Shown: piece by piece, positions 55,743-64,000 of the stretch | Numbering within the stretch: position 1 is the first letter of the stretch | How the letters are laid out: every line of letters starts with the position of its first letter | NCBI GenBank assembly: GCA_025061985.1 | Contig: JANXAW010000023.1 | Coordinates: 78,104 to 142,103 of the forward strand | Length of the DNA: 64,000 nt | Source: Fimbriimonadales bacterium | Lineage (GTDB): Bacteria; Armatimonadota; Fimbriimonadia; Fimbriimonadales; GBS-DC | Direction of reading: 5' to 3' | Notes under the pieces: model-generated | Database searches by the model: none | The model's input: the letters and a program-made list of their open reading frames with translations, nothing else | Told to the model about the DNA's origin: nothing | Made by a program: the position numbers and the translations under genes

Positions 55743-55912
55743 CCGTGGGTTGGCTAGGGGTGGCGCTGCTGGCGTTTTGGCTCGCGTATTGGGCGGGCGA
55801 TTCGCCCACGCTGCTGCGTGTTGGCATGGCGTTCTACGCTTTGCTGCTTGCCCTGACCGTAGTGTTTGTTGTGTTGCGCAAGGGTCGCCTTACCTTAGGA
55901 GGCAAGCCGTGA
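55727..55912 (+). CDS. Small two-helix membrane protein (hypothetical)
   Basis: AAGGAGG lies 10 nt upstream of ATG 55727. It has two hydrophobic helices. Its stop overlaps the next gene's GTG start (GTGA). Confidence 0.5.
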   Translation: MHAVLAVGWLGVALLAFWLAYWAGDSPTLLRVGMAFYALLLALTVVFVVLRKGRLTLGGKP

Positions 55913-57117
55913 AACTCCTTCGATGGTGTTGGAGCTGGGCTTGGGCGGTGATGATGGGCTGGGCGTGGGCTGCCGAGCAAGTTCCAGATTTGCGCGCGCC
56001 GTTAGACCCCGTGTTCCCCTCGCGCTTGCTCAGTCGCATCGAGCGCGAGGGCTACCTTGAATACAAGGTGGAGTTTCCTAGCGCGTTTGATAGCCCTTAC
56101 CCCGAAAATAACAGGGTGCAGGCGTGGTGGCTGGTCCCTGTTCAGCGAAGTGGACGTGTCCCCACGGTGGTACTACTGCATAGCCTAGGCATTCGCCGTC
56201 CAGAGCTAGAAATGGCGCTTGGGCGCGAGCTGGTTCGAAACGGTATCGCGGTGTTCCTGATGACGCTCCCGTACCATATGGCTCGTACGCCTGCTGGTCA
56301 GGACAGTGGAAGCGCGATTTTATCAGGCGATGTGAACCTGTTGCGCGCTGCGGCTGTGCAAGCCGTTTGGGACGTGCGTCGCGCGTTCGATTGGCTGCGC
56401 CGCCAGCCTGAGACCGACCCGGAGCGGATAGCGTTGGTAGGTATTAGCTTGGGGGCGATTTTGGGCGCGACCGCCCTGGGCGTAGAGCCGCGTATCCACA
56501 GCGCCGTGCTGATCCTAGGCGGGGCAGATTTGGCACACGTGCTATGGCACTCTGTACTGACGCTTGGAGCGCGCGCTCGATTGCGTCGCGACGGTTACAC
56601 GCTCGCCCGTCTCCGCGCGGAGCTGGCTTCGATTGAACCCTTAAATCTGCTCACGCCCGAGCATGGCGCAAAAACTTTTGTAATTGGTGCCCGCTTTGAT
56701 ATCGTCGTGCCTGCGGAAGACACCGAGAAACTGATTCGCGCCTTGGGGCGCCCTAAAGTGCTTTGGCTCAGCACAGGACACTTCGGTGGGGGGTTAGTAC
56801 AGCGTCCGCTTTTTCGGGTAGTGCGCCAGTACTTGCAAGCTCGCTTTGCGGGGGAGAACCCCACCAATGCACCTGAAATCTGGGTGCCCACGCTGCGCAT
56901 CGGCGCAATTTACAGCGCGGGGCGCGACTTTCGTTTAGCGCTGGGTACGGACTTTTGGCGCTCGGACAAAAATAGCACGCTGTTTGTGTCTGGTGTGCTA
57001 ACCCCGCGAGGCGCTTCGCTGTTTGCGGGCGTCCGGCTACGATTGGGCTTTTCTGCAGGCGCAGAAATCACCCCCAAGCGCACCTATGGCGCTGTGTTCT
57101 GGCACTTCGTGCTGTGA
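55909..57117 (+). CDS. Secreted alpha/beta-hydrolase fold protein
   Basis: GTG 55909 lies 6 nt after a GGAGG site, followed by signal-like VKLLRWCWSWAWAVMMGWAWA. A nucleophile elbow GISLG is present. The part of the ORF upstream of 55909 overlaps aroKB and looks non-coding. Confidence 0.65.
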   Translation: MKLLRWCWSWAWAVMMGWAWAAEQVPDLRAPLDPVFPSRLLSRIEREGYLEYKVEFPSAFDSPYPENNRVQAWWLVPVQRSGRVPTVVLLHSLGIRRPELEMALGRELVRNGIAVFLMTLPYHMARTPAGQDSGSAILSGDVNLLRAAAVQAVWDVRRAFDWLRRQPETDPERIALVGISLGAILGATALGVEPRIHSAVLILGGADLAHVLWHSVLTLGARARLRRDGYTLARLRAELASIEPLNLLTPEHGAKTFVIGARFDIVVPAEDTEKLIRALGRPKVLWLSTGHFGGGLVQRPLFRVVRQYLQARFAGENPTNAPEIWVPTLRIGAIYSAGRDFRLALGTDFWRSDKNSTLFVSGVLTPRGASLFAGVRLRLGFSAGAEITPKRTYGAVFWHFVL

Positions 57118-57126
57118 TGCCTTTCG

Positions 57127-57176
57127 GTAGCGCTCCTGCGAACAAACGCCACGTAGCAGGAGCGTTGGCTACTTTA
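57127..57176 (+). terminator. Long hairpin after the alpha/beta-hydrolase gene
   Basis: CGCTCCTGC (57131-57139) pairs with GCAGGAGCG (57156-57164). The outer GTAGC/GCTAC pairing extends the stem, and TTTAT follows. Confidence 0.45.
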
Positions 57177-57357
57177 TGTGCGGCGTTGCCTGAAAGAGTA
57201 AAGCACCCCTTGAGCGCCTTTTGCCACCAGAAGCCCCGCAAGATATGGGCAGCTGCAGCGCGTGCCAAACCCCCCGTGTGGGCACTGCATTTGCCCACGT
57301 GGAGAAAGGGCGTGTATCCCCACTGCTACCGCGCGCGTGCCGAGGCGTCAGCTGCTA

Positions 57358-57771
57358 TTAGTCGCGCTCGGCGCGAGTAGCATTAGGCGCGTCGATAATC
57401 GCCTGTGGAGGGGCATACACGAACACGTGCTCGCTTACGCGCTCCACGCTGCCCTCGATCGCATAGACCACGCCGTTGAGGAAGTCGATAATGCGTTCGC
57501 GCACCCCCTGAGGCGTGGATGCTAAGTTGATGATTTGCTGCACGCCTTCCTTAAGACCATCGGCTGCAATGCGCGCGTCCTCAAGGCTGTGCAGCTCCTT
57601 GCGGATGCTGATGTAGTAAGCGTGGAACCGTCGGTAGCGCACATCTGATTGCGGGTGCGGTAGGTTTTCCTCATCCTCGGTGCGTCCTAGTCCAACCCAT
57701 GTGCGCAGGCGCGTCCATAAGCTCTGCCGTTCGCCGTATTGCTCCTCCATCTCCTCGTAGTAGCGATTCAT
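57358..57771 (-). CDS. sepF: Cell division protein SepF
   Basis: SepF/DUF552 core: ...SLEDARIAADGLKEGVQQIINLASTPQGVRERIIDFLNGVVYAIEGSVERVSEHVFVYAP. Confidence 0.8.
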   Translation of the reverse strand: MNRYYEEMEEQYGERQSLWTRLRTWVGLGRTEDEENLPHPQSDVRYRRFHAYYISIRKELHSLEDARIAADGLKEGVQQIINLASTPQGVRERIIDFLNGVVYAIEGSVERVSEHVFVYAPPQAIIDAPNATRAERD

Positions 57772-57938
57772 GCGCTTCCCTCCATCCGTGTGAGGTGCGT
57801 TCGCGATAGCGTCGGCATTTTGCCGACGGAAGCGCTTGTTTTATGCTGCGGGCGGGAAAGCTTAGATTCCTCGCTCCGCTTGGGATGGCAAAGGGTTATG
57901 TCATCGGTCGGCGACGGCATCCCTGCCGTCGTATCAGT

Positions 57939-58613
57939 TCAGGCGCGTTCGCCAAACAACGCGGTGCCAAGGCGCAGCATCGTGCTGCCCTCCTCGATAG
58001 CAATCTCGAAGTCGTGGCTCATGCCCATCGAGAGCCACTGGCGGTTTTGAGCGGGCAGCTGTTCATAGAGTTGCCGAAGCTTGCGGAAGGCGGTGCGGAT
58101 TGTGGGCACGTCGTCGGTGAAGGGAGCGATGCCCATCAGCCCCTGCAGTATCAGGTTGGGCATTGCTAAGGTGCGCTCAATGAGGGCAGGGGCATCTACG
58201 AACGACACGCCTGCACGCTCCGCAACTTCCGCAAGGCGTACCTCAATCAACACGGGTTGCCTCAGCCCGCGCTTGCTCGCCACGCGCTGTACCTCCTCCA
58301 ATAAGGATACCCTATCTACCGATTGTATCAATGCAAATCTCCCCACGACATATTTGACCTTATTGGTTTGGAGGTGCCCGATGAAATGCCACCGTATGTC
58401 GTGGGGTAGGGCATCGAGTTTGGAGCGTGCTTCTTGCCAGTAGTTTTCGCCGAAATCGCGTAGTCCCAGCGCGTAGGCTTCGGCAATGCGCTCTATGGGG
58501 ACTCCTTTCGTGACGGCAACGACGCGGATTGCAGAAGGGTCGCGTCCTGCGCGGGCGCAAGCGCGTGCGATTCGCTCTTGGAGCGCTGCCCAGCGCTCAG
58601 ACAGAGAGGTCAT
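57939..58613 (-). CDS. yggS: YggS/YlmE family PLP-binding protein
   Basis: VVAVTKGVP (PLP lysine), HFIGHLQTNKVKY, and MGMSHDFEIAIEEGSTMLRLGTALFG. Confidence 0.9.
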   Translation of the reverse strand: MTSLSERWAALQERIARACARAGRDPSAIRVVAVTKGVPIERIAEAYALGLRDFGENYWQEARSKLDALPHDIRWHFIGHLQTNKVKYVVGRFALIQSVDRVSLLEEVQRVASKRGLRQPVLIEVRLAEVAERAGVSFVDAPALIERTLAMPNLILQGLMGIAPFTDDVPTIRTAFRKLRQLYEQLPAQNRQWLSMGMSHDFEIAIEEGSTMLRLGTALFGERA

Positions 58614-59355
58614 TGGTGCTTATTTCATCATTGCGCTGCTCAGCAGCGTGCTGAGCCGCTTCTGCGAACGCCTCTTCTAAAGTGCCGCTTTTGTGTTTTT
58701 TCGCCAATTGTTCCAAACGCCCTGTTTCCATGAACCACACGCGCTCGGCGATGTTCGTGGCGTGGTCGGCGATGCGCTCCAAGTAATGGGCTACCAGCAG
58801 CAGCCACGAGGCAGCAGTTACTTTTTCGGGATGAGCGCGCATAATCTCTTGGAGCTGCATACGGATGCGTCGGTATATTGCGTCTACTTCGTCGTCTTGC
58901 TGACACACGTGAAGGACCTGCTGCAGGTCGCGCCTTACGTATGCCTCGATGCTTTCCAAAAGCATTCGGCGAGCCGCGTTGGCAAGGCGTGGGATGTCCA
59001 CCAGTTGCTCTACGGGCGGTTCATCGCGAAGTTTGCGCGCGGCTTTGGCGATATCTACTGCGTAATCGCCAATGCGCTCGATGTCGGTGATCATCTTCAT
59101 AATTGTGCCGATGGTGCGCAGGTCGCTGCCCATCGGTTGCTGCAGGGCAATCAGGCGCAAACACATTGACTCAATCTCAATGTCAATCTGGTCTACCTCG
59201 TCATCGCGTCGGATGACCTGCTCGGCGCGCTGCATGTCGTTGCGCCATAGTGCTTCCACTGCATCGGCGACCATTCCCTCCACAATGCTCGCCATCGCGA
59301 GCACCTTTGTCTCCAGCTCTTGCAGTTCAGCGTCAAACGCTTGGCGCGTCACCAT
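58597..59355 (-). CDS. phoU: Phosphate signalling regulator PhoU
   Basis: Two PhoU repeats (DDEVDQIDIEIE...LIALQQPMGSDLR; DDEVDAIYRRI...). The C-terminal extension is about 35 aa. No pst genes are adjacent. Confidence 0.9.
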   Translation of the reverse strand: MVTRQAFDAELQELETKVLAMASIVEGMVADAVEALWRNDMQRAEQVIRRDDEVDQIDIEIESMCLRLIALQQPMGSDLRTIGTIMKMITDIERIGDYAVDIAKAARKLRDEPPVEQLVDIPRLANAARRMLLESIEAYVRRDLQQVLHVCQQDDEVDAIYRRIRMQLQEIMRAHPEKVTAASWLLLVAHYLERIADHATNIAERVWFMETGRLEQLAKKHKSGTLEEAFAEAAQHAAEQRNDEISTNDLSV

Positions 59356-59363
59356 ATAGCCTC

Positions 59364-59369
59364 ATTATA
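59364..59369 (-). promoter_or_regulatory. -10 box TATAAT 8 nt upstream of the phoU ATG
   Basis: The minus strand reads TCAGGTATAAT-GAGGCTAT-ATG. Confidence 0.4.
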
Positions 59370-59636
59370 CCTGATGCGCGAAGTTTTTCTAGAAGTTTCA
59401 GCCGAAGATGTTGGGGTAGCGAGACCTGCCCCTACTACTGGTTGGATTTTACGCGCTGACGCATGCTAACAAGCAGAAATGAACGAAAATGCCCGCTTTG
59501 TGCACCTGACAGCAGCTAAATGGCTTTTGGTGGCATTCTGGGCGTCTTCATGATAAGGCGTTTGGCAGGAGGTGAGGGGTGCCTTGTGCTATTATATTAG
59601 CCACCCCTCAGGCGGGGAGCATGGAAGCCACCCACA

Positions 59637-61034
59637 ATGCGCAGGGAAGAACTAGACCAGCTTCGGCTCGGAGAGGACATAGACGTAGCGCAGTTGCGCC
59701 GTGCGTGGCGTAATGTGGTGCAGGCGTTGCTTCCGCGCGTGGCCGCTTCCAGCCGGCGGTACTTGGAAGCGATCACGCCTGTGGGGATTGAGGGCGACTG
59801 CGTGCAGCTACGGTTAGATAACGCTTTCGGGCGCGATTGGGTGCGGCAGCGCTACCTGCGCGAGCTGCAGACCCTCTTAAGTCAACAGTTAGGCTTCCCT
59901 GTGGTAGTGCAGCTGGTTGGTGAGGATTCGCCTGCGCCCGTACCGGAGCCGGTAGTGGTTGCCGCTCCTGCTCCGAGCCAGCCAGCGTTTCCTCCGCCAC
60001 GCCTCAACCCACACTACACCTTCGAGACCTTCGTGGTGGGCAGGAGCAACCGCCTCGCGCATGCAGCGGCATGGGCTGTTGCCAATGGCGCAAGCGCCCG
60101 CTACAATCCGCTTTTTATCTACAGCCCCCCTGGCCTAGGCAAAACCCACCTGCTGCATGCTATCGGGCATGCGTGCCTAAGACGGATGCCCAATGCTCGC
60201 ATCCTCTACATCAGCGGTGAGGAGTTCGTAAATAGCTACGTACAGGCGGTGCGTCAGCAGAAAGTCGATGAGTTCCGCGAGCGCTACCGAAATGTGCAGT
60301 ACTGGCTGGTGGACGATGTGCAGTTTGTAGCAGGCAAAGAGCGCACTCAGGAGGAGTTTTTCCATATTTTCAACATGCTCTATAACGCAGGGAAGCAGCT
60401 GGTGATGACCAGCGACAAGGCGCCGCGGGAACTGGTGGGGGTGGAGGAGCGATTGCGCACGCGCTTTGAGATGGGGCTATGTGCGGATATTGCCCCGCCT
60501 GACTTTGAAACGCGCTTGGCGATCTTGCTTAGCAAGGCGGAACGCGAGGGAATTGCCCTCCCGCTTGCTGTGGCAGAGCTTATTGCGGACAAGATTCAGT
60601 CAAACATACGTGTGCTGGAGGGGGTTTTGACGCGCCTAATCGCGCAAAGCTCCATCCTAGGTGAGCCGATCACTGTGGAGCTGGCTGCGGAGGCGTTGCG
60701 AGCCTATCTGGTGGAAGCGCAGCCTAAGGCGCCTTCGCTAGAGCAAATCGTGCAGTTAGTGTGCGAGGAGATGGGCATCTCGCGTGAGGAGCTTACAGGC
60801 AGCAGTCGGCGCGGCGAAGTAGTGCAGGCACGCCAAGTGGCTGTGTTCTTGGCACGCGAAACCACGGGCGAGCCGTGGGCGCGTATTGCGGAAGCGTTGG
60901 GACGCGCCGACCACACGACCGTGCTCCACGCCTACCGCCAGCTACAGCAGCGCCTGCGTCGCGATCCTATCTTGCGCGAGCGGATCCAACGCCTGCGCCA
61001 CCGAGTGGCAGGGAGCGCTACCGTGCGCGCGTGA
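59637..61034 (+). CDS. dnaA: Chromosomal replication initiator protein DnaA
   Basis: Walker A GLGKTHLLHAIG, Walker B WLVDDVQF, sensor motifs, and the C-terminal DNA-binding helix RQVAVFLARE...DHTTVLHA. Confidence 0.95.
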   Translation: MRREELDQLRLGEDIDVAQLRRAWRNVVQALLPRVAASSRRYLEAITPVGIEGDCVQLRLDNAFGRDWVRQRYLRELQTLLSQQLGFPVVVQLVGEDSPAPVPEPVVVAAPAPSQPAFPPPRLNPHYTFETFVVGRSNRLAHAAAWAVANGASARYNPLFIYSPPGLGKTHLLHAIGHACLRRMPNARILYISGEEFVNSYVQAVRQQKVDEFRERYRNVQYWLVDDVQFVAGKERTQEEFFHIFNMLYNAGKQLVMTSDKAPRELVGVEERLRTRFEMGLCADIAPPDFETRLAILLSKAEREGIALPLAVAELIADKIQSNIRVLEGVLTRLIAQSSILGEPITVELAAEALRAYLVEAQPKAPSLEQIVQLVCEEMGISREELTGSSRRGEVVQARQVAVFLARETTGEPWARIAEALGRADHTTVLHAYRQLQQRLRRDPILRERIQRLRHRVAGSATVRA

Positions 61035-61188
61035 GCCAGTCCACAACCTCGCGCAACAGCGCGATAATCGCTTCCACCGCCTGCTCTATGAACTGACGCA
61101 CGGCTTCCCAAGTGATCCCGCTGTTGTCTAAAAACCACCGAAGGATTGAGATCACTACTCCAGCGGTAGCTGCTAGGATGCCCAACAC
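61018..61188 (-). CDS. Possible small membrane protein (hypothetical)
   Basis: GTG 61188 lies 8 nt after an AGGAG site. It has a TM helix (VLGILAATAGVVISIL) and an amphipathic helix. Its 3' end overlaps the dnaA 3' end by 17 nt. Confidence 0.3.
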   Translation of the reverse strand: MLGILAATAGVVISILRWFLDNSGITWEAVRQFIEQAVEAIIALLREVVDWLTRAR

Positions 61189-61190
61189 AA

Positions 61191-61415
61191 TCAGGTCTCC
61201 TGAGGGCGCATCAGTTCTGCCATTGCGCTGAGTTTTTGGTAAAGTTGGCGCAGGTGAGTGGCGTTGAAAGCATCGTCGGTCGCAGTGAGTGCGAGGTCGG
61301 CTTGAAGGGTGGCGTCGGGCGCGGATGCGCCCCCACAGCCCGATAAAGCCACCCTCAGCCCCCCAACCAGCAGCAGTCCAAGTGCCTCTGAAAGCGGCTG
61401 CTTTTGATAAGCCAC
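61191..61415 (-). CDS. Possible small lipoprotein (hypothetical)
   Basis: GTG 61415 lies 7 nt after a GAGGGA site. The signal peptide has a lipobox-like sequence, LLLVGGLRVALSGC. Confidence 0.4.
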   Translation of the reverse strand: MAYQKQPLSEALGLLLVGGLRVALSGCGGASAPDATLQADLALTATDDAFNATHLRQLYQKLSAMAELMRPQET

Positions 61416-61463
61416 AGTTGCATCCCTCAATTTGCTTTCTGAAGCACACCTGCTCCAAGCAGG

Positions 61464-61469
61464 TATAAT
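61464..61469 (+). promoter_or_regulatory. -10 box TATAAT 13 nt upstream of the DUF1611 ATG
   Basis: GCAGGTATAAT-CCCGTGCGCTACG-ATG. Confidence 0.4.
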
Positions 61470-61482
61470 CCCGTGCGCTACG

Positions 61483-62529
61483 ATGCTGACTCCCGATAAT
61501 CGGCTGGCAATCTTGATGCACGGTGGGATTCTGGGGGATTTCGGCAAGACAGGGTTGGGGTTGCTGCGCTACAGCCGCAACCCGATTGTTGCTGTGATAG
61601 ACGCTGAATGCGCAGGCGATTCAATCCCGCGCCTTACAGGCATTCCCCGCGATGTGCCGATTGTGGCTTCTGTGGGTGAGGCGCTTGCTTATCAGCCCGA
61701 TACCCTCGTGATTGGGATTGCCCCTTCGGGCGGTATGCTACCTCCGGAGCTATGGCAGGAAGTGCGCACGGCGGTGATGGCGGGGTTGAACGTTGTGAAC
61801 GGGCTGCATACGCCCCTAGCGAACCACCCCGATTTGCAACCCTTGCTGCGCGGTTGTCAGTGGATTTGGGATATCCGCAAAGAGCCGCCCGGGCTAAGCG
61901 TCGGCACTGGCAGAGCGCGTTTCCTACCCTGCAAGCGCGTGCTAACAGTCGGCACCGATATGGCGGTCGGCAAAATGACCGTAAGCTTGGAGATGCACCG
62001 CGCGTGTCTGCAACGCGGCTTGCGCTCGCGCTTTCTTGCAACGGGGCAGACGGGGATTATGATTGAAGGATCGGGCGTGCCATTAGACGCCGTGCGCGTC
62101 GATTTCGCCTCAGGCGCCGTAGAAAAGTTCGTGATGGAGCTGGCGCAGGACGCAGACATTATCCACATCGAGGGGCAGGGCGCCTTGACAAACCCCGCTT
62201 CTACCGCAACGCTCCCCTTGTTGCGCGGCGCTCAGCCCACGCATCTGATTTTGGTGCATCGAGCAGGGCAGACCCATATTCGCACCTTTCCCGATGTGCC
62301 CATTCCGCCTTTGCCAGAAGTGATCCGCATCTACGAGCAGGTAGCGTCTATGGGCGGGGCGTTTTATCCTGCCAAAGTGGTGGCGGTTGCGCTCAATACG
62401 GCGCACATGAGCGAGTCTGAAGCCCGCGCTGCAATTGCCCAAGTAGAAGCAGAAACAGGACTGCCCTGCACCGATCCTGTGCGCTTCGGTGCAGGGCGGC
62501 TATTAGAAGCAATTGAGGACGAAGGGTAG
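61483..62529 (+). CDS. DUF1611 family protein (DgcN-like N-acetyltransferase family)
   Basis: ...VIGIAPSGGMLP....VVNGLH...VGTDMAVGKMT..LE....TGQTGIMIEG.GVPLDAVRVDFASGAVE.... ATG 61483 lies downstream of TATAAT 61464-61469. Confidence 0.75.
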   Translation: MLTPDNRLAILMHGGILGDFGKTGLGLLRYSRNPIVAVIDAECAGDSIPRLTGIPRDVPIVASVGEALAYQPDTLVIGIAPSGGMLPPELWQEVRTAVMAGLNVVNGLHTPLANHPDLQPLLRGCQWIWDIRKEPPGLSVGTGRARFLPCKRVLTVGTDMAVGKMTVSLEMHRACLQRGLRSRFLATGQTGIMIEGSGVPLDAVRVDFASGAVEKFVMELAQDADIIHIEGQGALTNPASTATLPLLRGAQPTHLILVHRAGQTHIRTFPDVPIPPLPEVIRIYEQVASMGGAFYPAKVVAVALNTAHMSESEARAAIAQVEAETGLPCTDPVRFGAGRLLEAIEDEG

Positions 62530-62545
62530 GAGGGGATGTGAAGCG

Positions 62546-62863
62546 TTATAGGTGGCGTGCAATCCGTTGTTCAATTGCGCCCTTTGGCATCGCGCCCACA
62601 ATCTGCTCCACCACGCGCCCGTTTTTGAATAACAGCAGTGTGGGAATGCTCATAATTCCGTACTGCGCAGCCAGTTGCGGCTCTTGGTCAACATCCACTT
62701 TGAGCACCTTTAGCTTATCTGCGTACTGGCGGGCTAACTCTTCCACCACAGGCTCAAGCAATCGACAGGGACCGCACCAAACTGCCCAAAAGTCCACCAG
62801 CACGGGAATAGGCGATTCGATCACCTCGCTTTGCCACTCACGATGACTGACCAACTTCGGCAT
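62546..62863 (-). CDS. trxA: Thioredoxin
   Basis: VLVDFWAVWCGPCR active site. ATG 62863 lies 8 nt after an AAGGAGG site and gives 105 aa. The longer ORF to 62893 abuts a TATACT box. Confidence 0.9.
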   Translation of the reverse strand: MPKLVSHREWQSEVIESPIPVLVDFWAVWCGPCRLLEPVVEELARQYADKLKVLKVDVDQEPQLAAQYGIMSIPTLLLFKNGRVVEQIVGAMPKGAIEQRIARHL

Positions 62864-62947
62864 TTCCATAACCTCCTTACGCAGCGATGGCATAGTATAC
62901 CTGACTTGTTTGTCTTTTGGCTCCTAAAAGGGAGTGCGCCTTACGCT

Positions 62948-64000
62948 TTATGCTTTGAAGCGGAACCAAAGCAGGCGCAAGCCGTTGAGCACCACCAGTA
63001 GGGTGCTGCCCTCGTGTCCTATAACGCCCAGTGGCAGGCGCAGGTTCGCTGTGAAGGTGAGCACCACCAACACGAGGATTACACCCGTTGCGAAGATAAG
63101 GTTTTGCTTGAGGATGCGCATGGCGTGGCGGCTGAGCGCGACTGCATAGGGCAGGTTGTTGAGGTCGTTGCCCACGAGGGCGATATCAGCGGTTTCTAAG
63201 GCGACATCGGTGCCTGCGCCCATGGCAATGCCCACTTCAGCTGCGGCGAGGGCGGGCGCGTCGTTGACTCCGTCGCCTACCATAGCGACTGCGCCGAACT
63301 CTTGGCTAAGCTGACGCAAGGTGGCGAGTTTCTCGTCGGGCAATAGGTCGGCATAGACGCGATCGATCCCTGTTTGATGGGCGACGGCACGTGCGATTTG
63401 CTCTGCATCGCCTGTGAGCATAGCAACGCAAGGAATGCCCAAGGCATGCAGTTGAGCAACTGCTTGCGCAGCTTGAGGGCGTACCGTATCTGCCGCAGCT
63501 GCCACGCCTAAAAACCGCCCACCCACCCATACGACCATAGCCGTGTTGCCCGCGGCGTGCAAGCGTTCCACTGCCTCCACAACGCCTGTGGGTATTTCCA
63601 TCCCCTCGAATAAGCGCAGGTTGCCGATGCGGATTTCGGTTCCATCTACTCGCGTGGCGCAGATTCCCTTGCCAGGCAGGGCTTCAACGCGCTCTACAGG
63701 GTGCGCAGTATAGCCGCGCGCCGCAGCTGCCTGCACTAATGCTTGCGCCAAGGGGTGCTCCGAACGCGACTCGATATCGATAATCGCCTGCCATACTTCG
63801 GCTTCAGTGGCGTCGTTCAACACAACCAGCTCTGTAAACTGGAGTTTGCCTTCGGTGAGTGTGCCTGTTTTATCGAGGGCGATGGCGCGCACGGTTGCTA
63901 GGCGTTCGACCGGTTCGCCCCCCTTGAAGAGGATCCCGCGCTTAGCGGCGTTGGCGATCGCCGACAGTAGGGTAGCAGGCGTGCTAATCACCAGCGCGCA
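62948..64000 (-). CDS. Heavy-metal-type P-type ATPase, C-terminal part (5' end outside window)
   Basis: The frame is open to the window edge. Phosphorylation site DKTGTLT, hinge GDGVNDAPALAAA, and two C-terminal TM helices. Confidence 0.9.
   Translation of the reverse strand, partial: CALVISTPATLLSAIANAAKRGILFKGGEPVERLATVRAIALDKTGTLTEGKLQFTELVVLNDATEAEVWQAIIDIESRSEHPLAQALVQAAAARGYTAHPVERVEALPGKGICATRVDGTEIRIGNLRLFEGMEIPTGVVEAVERLHAAGNTAMVVWVGGRFLGVAAAADTVRPQAAQAVAQLHALGIPCVAMLTGDAEQIARAVAHQTGIDRVYADLLPDEKLATLRQLSQEFGAVAMVGDGVNDAPALAAAEVGIAMGAGTDVALETADIALVGNDLNNLPYAVALSRHAMRILKQNLIFATGVILVLVVLTFTANLRLPLGVIGHEGSTLLVVLNGLRLLWFRFKA

Noticed and set aside
55702-55908. N-terminal extension of the alpha/beta-hydrolase ORF overlapping aroKB
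   Set aside because: The translation is Arg/Cys/Ala-rich. A GTG with a GGAGG site 6 nt upstream, followed by a signal-peptide-like sequence, starts at 55909. The small membrane ORF in another frame explains this region better.
57278-57298. Hairpin GTGGGCA-N7-TGCCCAC downstream of sepF as a terminator
   Set aside because: The stem is short, there is no convincing U-tract on either strand, and it lies 60 nt from the stop. It is too weak to call as a feature.
62159-62167. Perfect DnaA box TTATCCACA
   Set aside because: It is a single copy inside the DUF1611 coding region. One exact 9-mer match on either strand of 64 kb is about what chance predicts, and there is no cluster or adjacent AT-rich unwinding element.

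Overview
GC-rich bacterial chromosomal segment with about 60 protein genes, one tRNA (Gln-CUG) and no rRNA, CRISPR array, IS element or prophage that I can see. It is mostly housekeeping: dnaA, secA, prfB (with its programmed +1 frameshift), greA, accB, hom, pckA, tal, ugd, ubiX, wrbA, trxA, phoU, yggS-sepF, a fused aroK-aroB, and isolated nuoE and nuoG. Envelope and surface genes are interspersed: a pilT 3' end, a GT2 glycosyltransferase, a PEP-CTERM protein, an H-X9-DG prepilin-like protein, a dockerin-tailed secreted protein, a LysM-SH3-NlpC/P60 hydrolase and a GT-C/TPR membrane protein. These marker families suggest an Armatimonadota- or PVC-like diderm lineage, but that is a low-confidence guess. 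The most unusual content is a complete type IV pilus assembly operon, pilM-pilN-pilO-pilP-like-X-pilQ (47.8-54.0 kb). Every component carries Gly/Phe-rich GGFG-type low-complexity segments. X is a truncated paralog of the PilQ N-terminus fused to a roughly 100-residue tail made almost entirely of G and F, encoded by a near-perfect DNA tandem repeat. Other points of interest: many genes have a TATAAT-like -10 box only 5-10 nt upstream of the start codon (candidate leaderless mRNAs); an Rpn/YhgA-like nuclease gene has a strong internal in-frame start; a DUF2089/DUF4097 pair shares a SHOCT-like helix; a 543-aa protein has no recognisable family; and dnaA lacks both dnaN and visible DnaA-box clusters. 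All calls come from reading the translations and the sequence by eye. No database search was run.
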